Source of the DNA: a virus
Taxonomy: Duplodnaviria > Caudoviricetes
Length of the DNA stretch: 34,286 nt
Direction: 5' to 3' (one strand)
IMG/VR virus record: IMGVR_UViG_3300038825_001186
Coordinates: 1-34,286 of that record
The position numbers and the translations under genes were made by a program. Under the pieces are notes generated by a model. It did no database searches and was not told the DNA's origin. It saw only the letters and a program-made list of their open reading frames with translations. This document shows positions 9,696 to 16,842 of the stretch, piece by piece. Position 1 is the first letter of the stretch. Each line of letters begins with the position of its first letter.

Positions 9696-9796
9696 AACAA
9701 CCTTATATATAGATCACGCGTATAATGCTATATGATCCGCTATGCGCTCTTTCAGCCGGATCTGCTCGCCAGTTGGCCGGCGCAGCCACTTATACA

Positions 9797-10195
9797 CTAG
9801 TAGGACCATACCCCTGGCCGAATATCCGAATCCACGGTATCCAGATGGAGAAACCGCGTCTTGTAATCACCCGATTGCGACACACCAATACCTGAAAAGC
9901 CTAACGCCATCGCAGCAGCTAAGATCCGATGCGCTTTGCTGCCCATACACTGCACATCAATCGCCTTGCCCTGTGCGTGCGCTCCAACAGTAGATTTCTT
10001 GGCCTCTATGGGATGATCTGGCGATCTGTACCCACTGGTGATAACCAACGGCTCATCGACCAAAACGCGCAATTTTTGCACCTTCGTCATAAAATCTGGA
10101 TCAATATCACACTCGCCCGTATGCTGGCACGCGATCTCTTCAAACGAGAAATTAGGCCACTGATCTGTGGGCCATGTGTCTTCTGTGTATTTCAT
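9797..10195 (-). CDS. Peptidase M15 family endolysin (Zn D-Ala-D-Ala peptidase fold)
   Basis: NFS..E.AC, ITSGYRS, AH..GKAID and FLHLD Zn-binding motifs. Confidence 0.9.
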   Translation of the reverse strand: MKYTEDTWPTDQWPNFSFEEIACQHTGECDIDPDFMTKVQKLRVLVDEPLVITSGYRSPDHPIEAKKSTVGAHAQGKAIDVQCMGSKAHRILAAAMALGFSGIGVSQSGDYKTRFLHLDTVDSDIRPGVWSY

Positions 10196-10212
10196 TGGCT
10201 CTTATGATATAT

Positions 10213-10286
10213 GTGGGATGATGCCGGGACGATATTTCGACACCACCCCACCAGAGAGAAATAGAAAAGAGGCAAGTGATCCTCTT
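10213..10286 (-). promoter_or_regulatory. Two-hairpin leader at the head of the late operon
   Basis: Minus strand AAGAGG-N8-CCTCTT, a pyrimidine tract, then a 14-bp stem GTGGGGTGGTGTCG/CGGCATCATCCCAC whose 3 G.U pairs form only on this strand. Confidence 0.55.
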
Positions 10287-10320
10287 ATATAAAACTACCT
10301 TCTTGAAAACCAAAAAGCAT

Positions 10321-10369
10321 GATTAACATAAAATAACTTATAGGTCATATACAATATATTATGTAAATT
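10321..10369. other. Two overlapping inverted dif-like (XerC/XerD) sites
   Basis: Minus 10321-10348: ATGACCTATAA-GTTATT-TTATGTTAATC. Plus 10342-10369: AGGTCATATAC-AATATA-TTATGTAAATT. Both have the 11-6-11 layout. Confidence 0.65.
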
Positions 10370-10519
10370 ACTATGGGACAGCACCAAAAGCGTATAAGAC
10401 ATAGACATTTGCATATTTTTTAAAAAATAGTGTCAAATGTGGCATCAGAATACACACATTGGGTATTGTTATGGTGTAATCATGTTTATAAACTATAACT
10501 GCGGAGAATATTTCGTTTT

Positions 10520-11281
10520 ATGATTAAAAAATATCAACTGAACATCGAAGACTTCAAAGATCCTCACGAGAGCAATGAGTTTTGGATACGACTGCAGCAA
10601 ATAGTCGAAAACAGCAACCATACCTTAGATACCCTATCAGAAGCTATTGGAGTCCCCAGGCGAACGTTAAGCCGGTTCTTGAGCCGTCAGACTCACGCAG
10701 ATGTGTTGCGTATGGTGTATGACATATCAAATGCGTGTGGCGTAGAACCTGCATTGTTATTTGACAAAAGCAAGCAAATCCCCCACCACGATCTGACTGA
10801 CATAAAATCTATAGACCGAATGTTGATGACCGCGTATAACGGCGCGTCCATTACTGGATGCGACGGATTTGCTAAAACGTGCAGCGATCAGTATAGGTTA
10901 CGGCATCACAGATGGCGCATAAACAACCAGACAGTCCATGATGAAGTAACGCAATTGCTAAAAATAGACGATGAGGGATACCCTGCCCTATCGTTGGCTG
11001 ATGAAATCGCTCTGAATAACGCTGTATCTACAACAAACAAAATGTCTCGACAGCTATACCTACATAGGGCATATATAGCCGGTGATGCGATTGTTGTGCA
11101 ATATACGATTGAAGAGAAGAAAAAATCACCACACAGTGGAAAAAAATTACGCGAGGCGAACGTATATACCGATCACGTTACTCTGGAACGACCTATTGCA
11201 GATTATGTAGAAAATGGGCGGCTCGTGCCGAAAATAAAAATCCGGCAATGGGTTGCTGATAAAAAATTTAGGTTGGACTAA
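10520..11281 (+). CDS. XRE-family HTH regulator (repressor-like) with an unrecognised C-terminal domain
   Basis: TLDTLSEAIGVPRRTLSRFL...DISNACGVEPALLF HTH; GGAG RBS; no S24 peptidase motif recognised. Confidence 0.75.
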   Translation: MIKKYQLNIEDFKDPHESNEFWIRLQQIVENSNHTLDTLSEAIGVPRRTLSRFLSRQTHADVLRMVYDISNACGVEPALLFDKSKQIPHHDLTDIKSIDRMLMTAYNGASITGCDGFAKTCSDQYRLRHHRWRINNQTVHDEVTQLLKIDDEGYPALSLADEIALNNAVSTTNKMSRQLYLHRAYIAGDAIVVQYTIEEKKKSPHSGKKLREANVYTDHVTLERPIADYVENGRLVPKIKIRQWVADKKFRLD

Positions 11282-11296
11282 TTAATGCAGATTGAA

Positions 11297-11518
11297 TCAG
11301 TCTGGTCTATATTCCAGAAACGCACCGGGTTGGCAATCCAACACGCCACACAAACGGTTGATGGTTGTGAGCGTTGCAGCTTTGTGGCCTTGAATATTGT
11401 TGCTCAACTGCTGCGGGGTCAAACCAGCTTTGCGCGCTAACTCAGCTTGTGATTTTATACCAACGCGTGCATATAAAGCGTTTAGAGATTTGATATTTAT
11501 CATAATCATAAAATACAA
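11297..11518 (-). CDS. Small XRE/Cro-like HTH regulator
   Basis: SQAELARKAGLTPQQLSN...TINRLCGVLDCQPGAFLEY is typical of the YozG/HTH_26 group. The true start may be a few codons downstream. Confidence 0.85.
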   Translation of the reverse strand: MYFMIMINIKSLNALYARVGIKSQAELARKAGLTPQQLSNNIQGHKAATLTTINRLCGVLDCQPGAFLEYRPD

Positions 11519-11545
11519 TAATTACCCAAAAAGGCAACTTTTAGG

Positions 11546-11574
11546 TTGACTCAATAGTCCTATAGGGTTATATT
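11546..11574 (+). promoter_or_regulatory. Sigma-70-type early promoter
   Basis: TTGACT-17 nt-TATATT; palindrome CCTATAGG (11559-11566) in the spacer is a candidate operator. Confidence 0.7.
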
Positions 11575-11603
11575 TCAGTATCAGAAAGCAGTAAAAATAG
11601 AAC

Positions 11604-11645
11604 GGGCCAGGTCGCTTAATCTTTGGCGAGACATCGACCTGACCC
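11604..11645 (+). promoter_or_regulatory. Leader hairpin with a TTGGCG apical loop
   Basis: GGG(C)CAGGTCG...TCT-TTGGCG-AGA...CGACCTG(A)CCC lies between the promoter and the first RBS. Confidence 0.55.
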
Positions 11646-11672
11646 ATCACACATCGGCCCGGAGGCTTTTGT

Positions 11673-11807
11673 ATGCCACAAATGTCGCAAAAAAAGCTTA
11701 CAAAATCAAGTAATAGCGACTTGGTGTTGTATGCTATCACCTTTTTCGCCGCTTGCTATCTCACAATTCGGGCATTCATCCCGTTTGCATTGGAGATGGC
11801 AAAATGA
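11673..11807 (+). CDS. 44-aa single-pass membrane peptide (not in ORF track)
   Basis: GGAGG RBS at 11661; MPQMSQKKLTKSSNSDLVLYAITFFAACYLTIRAFIPFALEMAK; stop overlaps the next start (ATGA). Confidence 0.7.
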   Translation: MPQMSQKKLTKSSNSDLVLYAITFFAACYLTIRAFIPFALEMAK

Positions 11808-12073
11808 CGAAACCCTGCCCCCACTGCACCAATAATCTCTACATCTGGCCCAGATCTGCCGATTGGATCTGCCAAGACGGTGCGCGCTGCGGCCACACCG
11901 AACGTTCCAGTGCAGACGAATTGGTCGAGTATATCGCGTATGTGACCAAACGCATCGACAATGCCAGATCTGCCACTGAACCATGCACCACGCGCATTGA
12001 ATCACTCACGCGCACACTGAACACCGCAATCAATAAACACATAGAACTTCAACGCACGGCTGTAGCAGCGTAG
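11804..12073 (+). CDS. Zinc-finger hypothetical protein (89 aa)
   Basis: GGAG RBS, ATG 11804; CPHC...C....C motif followed by a helical region. Confidence 0.7.
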   Translation: MTKPCPHCTNNLYIWPRSADWICQDGARCGHTERSSADELVEYIAYVTKRIDNARSATEPCTTRIESLTRTLNTAINKHIELQRTAVAA

Positions 12074-12425
12074 TGCGCGTAGTAAATGCGTAACTGGTCG
12101 GTAAGCATTAGCAGACGGCAGCGGTTACGCATGATGGGCGGCTACTGTGGGGTTTGACCAAGCCGCAACCCAGTCGAAACAAGCGCGAGGGGTGGTCAAC
12201 GGTTCGATGCCTGAGCCGTAAAGCAGCGCGCAAAGTCAGTGAACGGCATCTGTATAACTGACCAAACATACGAGCGACTCAACGTGACGAGCAATATCAC
12301 AGCGATGGACAGCGTATTGGACAAACGGCTACTCCAGCAATCTAACTACAGATTGGTGGGGGTAGTATCGCCGTATGCAACAAAACAAGACGATCTAACG
12401 ATCTGAGCAATATAAAAAGCACTAC
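12070..12425 (+). ncRNA. Putative large structured non-coding RNA or structured origin
   Basis: No plus-strand ORF of 60 aa or more in an otherwise tightly packed operon; about 9 identifiable helices, an enclosing 7-bp helix and two loop-mediated pseudoknots (see findings). Confidence 0.65.
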
Positions 12426-12445
12426 AAACCCGGAGAGATAGGACG

Positions 12446-12991
12446 ATGCCAGTAAAGATCCACGGACGAGAATACGCAACGGTAGCAGAGCGGATCACTG
12501 CCCTGCACGCTGCAACGAAGGGGCAGTACACGATAGTAACAGAGATAGTCAGATGGGAAGATGCAGTAGTCGTAATACGCGCAACATTAACTATACCTGA
12601 ATGCGGTAGCTACACCGGCCATAGCTACGAAAAGGAAGGATCAACGCAAATCAACAAAACCTCTGCACTTGAAAACTGCGAGACATCAGCCATAGGTCGC
12701 GCATTGGCTGCAGCTGGATATGGCGGCTCAGAATACGCATCAGCTAACGAGGTTTCCAACGCGATCCACCAACAGCAAAACGGCAAAAGCAACGGCCACC
12801 ATAAACCGCCGGCAGACCCTAAAGCTGAGTTTGAGCGCATGGTGAAGGATCTAAACGTTGACAACAAAACAATGAGAGAATGTTTGGATTATCACCAATG
12901 CGTGGATTTAGTCAGCGTGCCGGAATCAAAGCGGCGTGAGTTTTACAAAGATTTGGCCCTAACCACACAAACCGAAGAGGTAAACGCATGA
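12446..12991 (+). CDS. Putative single-strand annealing protein (Sak/Rad52-like)
   Basis: G.EY..V.ER...TEI...A...TGH..E....[20 protein letters not shown] pattern; directly upstream of ssb. Confidence 0.65.
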   Translation: MPVKIHGREYATVAERITALHAATKGQYTIVTEIVRWEDAVVVIRATLTIPECGSYTGHSYEKEGSTQINKTSALENCETSAIGRALAAAGYGGSEYASANEVSNAIHQQQNGKSNGHHKPPADPKAEFERMVKDLNVDNKTMRECLDYHQCVDLVSVPESKRREFYKDLALTTQTEEVNA

Positions 12992-13383
12992 GCGGCGTAA
13001 ACAAGGTCATTCTCGTAGGCAACCTGGGGAACGACCCCGAAATAAAGCAGACAGGCAACGGCACTTCCCTTGCCAACTTTTCTGTTGCTACCAGTGAAAG
13101 CTGGACAAAGGACGGCGAACGCCAAGAGCGCACGGAATGGCATCGTGTGACCTGTTGGGGCAAACTGGCAGACATCGTTGGGCAGTATGTAACGAAGGGC
13201 AGCAAAGTCTACATCGAGGGCAAACTGCAGACGCGATCCTGGGAGCAAGACGGCCAGAAACGCTACGCCACTGAGATTGTCGCGCGTGACCTGCAAATGT
13301 TGGATAAATCCGGCAACGACAATGGACAACCCAACCTGACCGTTGCCAGACCCCCGGTAAGCGACGACGACCTACCGTTTTAA
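12988..13383 (+). CDS. ssb: Single-stranded DNA-binding protein
   Basis: [36 protein letters not shown]; acidic DDDLPF tail. Confidence 0.97.
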   Translation: MSGVNKVILVGNLGNDPEIKQTGNGTSLANFSVATSESWTKDGERQERTEWHRVTCWGKLADIVGQYVTKGSKVYIEGKLQTRSWEQDGQKRYATEIVARDLQMLDKSGNDNGQPNLTVARPPVSDDDLPF

Positions 13384-13389
13384 CCCCAC

Positions 13390-13460
13390 GCCGGCCTAAC
13401 GTTTAGCAGTGCGCTACGGGATAGTCCCAATGCGTAACAGGGGAGAAACGTTGGGCCGGC
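13390..13460 (+). promoter_or_regulatory. Long stem-loop after ssb
   Basis: 15-bp stem GCCGGCCTAACGTTT/AAACGTTGGGCCGGC (one U.G pair) enclosing a GGGA-TAG-TCCC hairpin. Confidence 0.6.
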
Positions 13461-13473
13461 TACTTAAAAACAA

Positions 13474-13878
13474 ATGCACATAGGTAACGGATTCCTACGA
13501 CAAACAGCTATGGTTTTCACACTAAAAACAATCATACCCACACTTAACCAGTATTCGGCTCATGAGCGCACGCATCGGCATCGCGCAGCTGCGGTTAAAC
13601 GCAACACCGAGACATCGCTTGCCATCGAAATGCGCGCACAGCACTCCACCCCTATTACTGACTACCCTATCAACATCTCTTATCACTGGTATGTCCGAAA
13701 CCGCCGCACAGACAAGTCAAATATCGCATTTGGTCAAAAATTCGTTGAAGATGCGCTGCAAAAAGCCGGCATACTTCGCAATGATGGATGGTCAGAAATC
13801 GAATCATTCACCCACTCGTTTTCTGTAGACAACAACGACCCACGATTAGAGATCAAACTGACGAAGGCAACAGGATGA
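13474..13878 (+). CDS. rusA: RusA-like Holliday junction resolvase
   Basis: PTLNQY and R.D..N....KF..DAL..AGIL.NDGW catalytic pattern. The start may be ATG 13510. Confidence 0.8.
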   Translation: MHIGNGFLRQTAMVFTLKTIIPTLNQYSAHERTHRHRAAAVKRNTETSLAIEMRAQHSTPITDYPINISYHWYVRNRRTDKSNIAFGQKFVEDALQKAGILRNDGWSEIESFTHSFSVDNNDPRLEIKLTKATG

Positions 13879-14417
13879 AAACATACAGCACACAAGCAGA
13901 CCTGAGAGCCGCACTAAAGGCCATGCCAATCAACCAGCTGGTCGCACGCTGCGTCTATTACCAACTAATCAATGGTGTCACATACAAACCAAACACGCGC
14001 AAAAGAAAGGGATCTGCGGATAATGTCATCAGCGTTAGCATACCCGGACACGACGAAGGAATCGGAATCACAGGACAACTATTTGACTCTGCCCGTGAAA
14101 AAGCTGTGGCCCGAACTCAGCTTGAGCGAACACGAGACAAATCTCGCGCGGATACACTCCGCAGCATCGAGTATAACGCCCGAAGATACCGAGTTGCAAC
14201 ACCCGTTACTGTCGCTTTACTCCGGGTTGCAGATGCTATCGACGGGGAAATTGTCGCTGACGGAACAGCAGTTGAACGCGAGTTGGCAACTATTGATGCA
14301 GTTAGCGGAAGAGGAAATAGCACGCCTAACCCAAGAACGGAAAGAGCGCGAGGCACGAAAGCAATACAAGCCAGCCGCCGGCGTAGAGATCACGCTCCGC
14401 TTGCCGCCACCAGTTGA
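13875..14417 (+). CDS. Hypothetical protein
   Basis: ATG overlaps the rusA stop (ATGA); open for 180 codons; overlaps the next ORF extensively. Confidence 0.55.
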   Translation: MKTYSTQADLRAALKAMPINQLVARCVYYQLINGVTYKPNTRKRKGSADNVISVSIPGHDEGIGITGQLFDSAREKAVARTQLERTRDKSRADTLRSIEYNARRYRVATPVTVALLRVADAIDGEIVADGTAVERELATIDAVSGRGNSTPNPRTERARGTKAIQASRRRRDHAPLAATS

Positions 14418-14568
14418 ACTGATTGATACATCACGCGGCCTATATAAGGAACTTATTGGTGCAGGGTATACCTACAATTTTGACCGGCAGCTGTGGCGCG
14501 CGTGGGCCACTGACCGATCACGCCAGGTAAAAGAATCGCTCAAATACCAACAACAAAAACTACTGTAA
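13972..14568 (+). CDS. Hypothetical protein (start uncertain, possibly MQLAEEE near 14296)
   Basis: Stop is coupled to the sigma-factor start (TAATG); the C-terminal half looks protein-like. Confidence 0.5.
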   Translation: MVSHTNQTRAKERDLRIMSSALAYPDTTKESESQDNYLTLPVKKLWPELSLSEHETNLARIHSAASSITPEDTELQHPLLSLYSGLQMLSTGKLSLTEQQLNASWQLLMQLAEEEIARLTQERKEREARKQYKPAAGVEITLRLPPPVELIDTSRGLYKELIGAGYTYNFDRQLWRAWATDRSRQVKESLKYQQQKLL

Positions 14569-15317
14569 TGAACAAAACCACACCCCCACTGCCAATTGAA
14601 GAAGAGCGGCAGCTATTAAAACGCTTCCAAGAGACGAACGATGAGCGTGCTATTGAGCAGGTAATCGCCGCCAATACGCCACTGGTCATAAAGATCGTGC
14701 ATGAGATGTGCTCCAAGAACCATGACGACTACATTGCAGCCGGCAGAATCGGCTTGTTTAGAGCAGCGCAGCGGTTCGATCTGTCGTTAGATATTCGTTT
14801 TGTCAATTACGCCCATCACTGGATTCGCAAAGAGATCCGCGACCAACTGCATGACCAGCGTATTAAGATTCCTGCTATAATACAGCACGACTTCGCACGC
14901 GCACACAACACGATGGGACGGTGCGGTGATCCTGCACCACCAGAGGGATACACCGACGAATACAAACGTGCCTGGACAATACACGCCATGCGCCACGCCA
15001 CATTGCATATAGGCGATAAAACAGATGCCACGCCCGAATACGATATACCTGACGAACAACCGAATGCGTTAGACAAACTCTGCGCGTTGAACAGAGAAGA
15101 CGTTTTACAGCATTTAGCTGACAACCTCGATCCACGCACAGCCGATTGCATCGCGCGGTATTTCAACATTATTCCCAATGATGAAAAATGCACTATGCAA
15201 ACGCTGGGCGATGAACACGGAGTGTCACGCGAGGCCATACGCCAGACGATTAAAAAAGGTCTTACAAAACTCAAGTTTTCTATGCGCCACAACAACCGAA
15301 TTAATGAACATATCTAA
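14568..15317 (+). CDS. RNA polymerase sigma-70 family factor
   Basis: Region 2: N.PLVIKIV, DYIAAGRIGLFRAAQRFD...RFVNYAHHWIRKEI. Region 4 HTH: TMQTLGDEHGVSREAIRQTIKKGLTKLK. Confidence 0.92.
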   Translation: MNKTTPPLPIEEERQLLKRFQETNDERAIEQVIAANTPLVIKIVHEMCSKNHDDYIAAGRIGLFRAAQRFDLSLDIRFVNYAHHWIRKEIRDQLHDQRIKIPAIIQHDFARAHNTMGRCGDPAPPEGYTDEYKRAWTIHAMRHATLHIGDKTDATPEYDIPDEQPNALDKLCALNREDVLQHLADNLDPRTADCIARYFNIIPNDEKCTMQTLGDEHGVSREAIRQTIKKGLTKLKFSMRHNNRINEHI

Positions 15318-15486
15318 GACCCCTACCGTGCGATTTATAAGGGAAAAAATGGCCCATATAAACGTATTAGAGCATCGCCTAAGAGTCTCCGGCAACAGCA
15401 ATAGACAGCTGCAGCATGAGTTAAAAATAATGACCGCAGAACGAAACCATTGGAAAGAGCGCGCGCTGCGCGCTGAACAGATATGA
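15304..15486 (+). CDS. Small coiled-coil hypothetical protein
   Basis: ATG 15304; ERNHWKERALRAE motif; ATGA overlap with the next gene. Confidence 0.6.
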   Translation: MNISKTPTVRFIREKMAHINVLEHRLRVSGNSNRQLQHELKIMTAERNHWKERALRAEQI

Positions 15487-15953
15487 TTGGAACGACCATC
15501 ACACTGAACGATGCCGAACAGCGGTTAGCGCGGTATGTAGCACGCGCCAGGCAAGAGCATGACAACCAAGCCGAACACATCACAGAGCGCAAGATCGGCC
15601 CACAGTCCCAATTTGAAACCAACCTGAACGGCATGGGCGCAGAGATCGCCTTTTGCCGGCTTATGAACGTCTACCCCTCGCTTGATGTAGTTGATAATCC
15701 AGCCGCAGACCCACAAGGGGATTGTGTTGTGTTAGGTCGCACAGTTGATGTCAAAGCTACCCGATACAAAAATGGCCGGCTATTGGCTGTGCTGTGGAAA
15801 GAGAAAAAAGATTTGTATGGACTGATGACCGGCACGTTCCCCACCTACGAATTTCGCGGTCTGGCTGATGGCGATGACCTGCTGTCGGCAGACAACATCG
15901 TTGACCTGGGACATGGCCCTACCTACGCACTCGCACAAGAGGCACTGCGATGA
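15483..15953 (+). CDS. PD-(D/E)XK nuclease-fold hypothetical protein
   Basis: G..AE.AF helix followed by GD......VDVK.T. Confidence 0.6.
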   Translation: MIGTTITLNDAEQRLARYVARARQEHDNQAEHITERKIGPQSQFETNLNGMGAEIAFCRLMNVYPSLDVVDNPAADPQGDCVVLGRTVDVKATRYKNGRLLAVLWKEKKDLYGLMTGTFPTYEFRGLADGDDLLSADNIVDLGHGPTYALAQEALR

Positions 15954-16237
15954 GCAAAAAAAAATACGACCACGCCATAAAAGTTCAAACTATGTCAGAT
16001 GAACATCTACTGAATTCTGCTGCCTGGCATTGGAGAAATGGGTTTGAAAAATGGTATGATGAAGCCGCAGATGCTGATTCCTTATACAAAGGCAGTTTGC
16101 AAGATTTCATTACAAAAAATCAACCGGGATATTTCGCAGCTATCAAAGAAATAGAAATCCGCAATCTTTCATATGATGCGCCGCACCAACGAAAAATGCA
16201 GCCGGCTTTTGATAAAAAAAACCCGTTCAATAAATAA
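15950..16237 (+). CDS. Hypothetical protein
   Basis: GAGG RBS and ATGA overlap upstream; TAATG overlap downstream. Confidence 0.65.
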   Translation: MSKKKYDHAIKVQTMSDEHLLNSAAWHWRNGFEKWYDEAADADSLYKGSLQDFITKNQPGYFAAIKEIEIRNLSYDAPHQRKMQPAFDKKNPFNK

Positions 16238-16319
16238 TGAAATACGGATCAGTATGCAGCCGGTTATGCGTTGGATTGGTGAGCGTATTCAGATTGTAGA
16301 TACTATATATAATGAATAG
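16237..16319 (+). pseudogene. Remnant of a C5-cytosine DNA methyltransferase (internal deletion)
   Basis: MKYGSVCS (start of motif I) is joined out of frame to PVMRWIGERIQIVDTIYNE* (end of motif X). Confidence 0.8.
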
Positions 16320-16330
16320 GAGAATTGCCG

Positions 16331-16576
16331 ATGGCGAAACGAAGAGATAAATGGTATAACAGTAAAGAGGCAGCAGAATATCTTGGCTTGACAGTGCAGC
16401 ACGTTCGCCGGCTGTGTCGGCAGGGACAGATTGCACATCGACGGCTAAAAGGGTATCAATTCAGCAAAGATATGCTCGATGCGTTTATACGTTCACGCAC
16501 TGTGTTTCAAGCGCAGCACCCAGATGCAATGAAAGTGCGGCGCGGACGGCCACTGGATGCGGATCGGGGGCGATAG
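16331..16576 (+). CDS. Excisionase-like HTH DNA-binding protein
   Basis: AGGAG RBS; WYNSKEAAEYLGLTVQHVRRLCRQGQI...YQFSK..LDAFI. Confidence 0.8.
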   Translation: MAKRRDKWYNSKEAAEYLGLTVQHVRRLCRQGQIAHRRLKGYQFSKDMLDAFIRSRTVFQAQHPDAMKVRRGRPLDADRGR

Positions 16577-16578
16577 CT

Positions 16579-16842
16579 ATGGATTGGCTGTTAATAGAGT
16601 GGAAATGGACGAATCAAGAACTGCCACCCTCTCAATTCCCAGTTTTATTCTATACTCGGATATTAGGTATGCTGTTTGTTGGTATGTTGGACTATGATCC
16701 ACAGGCTGAATTAACGGACGATGAAAAATTACGAACGCTAATAGTGACTGGCCCATTGCCGGGTGACAAAGGTGATATAGATGGCGATCATCTGCCAGAT
16801 CTGTGGACTGAATTACCTGAAAGACCGATTGAATTGTTTTGA
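16579..16842 (+). CDS. Hypothetical protein
   Basis: ATG 2 nt after the previous stop (MDWLLIEWKW...LWTELPERP). Confidence 0.6.
   Translation: MDWLLIEWKWTNQELPPSQFPVLFYTRILGMLFVGMLDYDPQAELTDDEKLRTLIVTGPLPGDKGDIDGDHLPDLWTELPERPIELF

Noticed and set aside
10387-10414. Third dif-like site (AAAGCGTATAA GACATA ...)
   Set aside because: The left arm is plausible but the right arm lacks TTATG, so it is too weak to call.
12235-12263. Trans-pairing of the ncRNA (GTCAGT, CGGCAT, ACTGACC) with the scaffold leader at 2909-2928
   Set aside because: The short matches are not collinear and are 6-7 nt each, so chance is a sufficient explanation.
12070-12425. tmRNA, RNase P RNA, group I intron or tRNA as the identity of the structured region
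   Set aside because: There is no tRNA-like acceptor end with CCA, no RNase P GAGGAAAGTCC motif and no group I P7 core. GGTTCGA at 12201 is not in a canonical T-arm.
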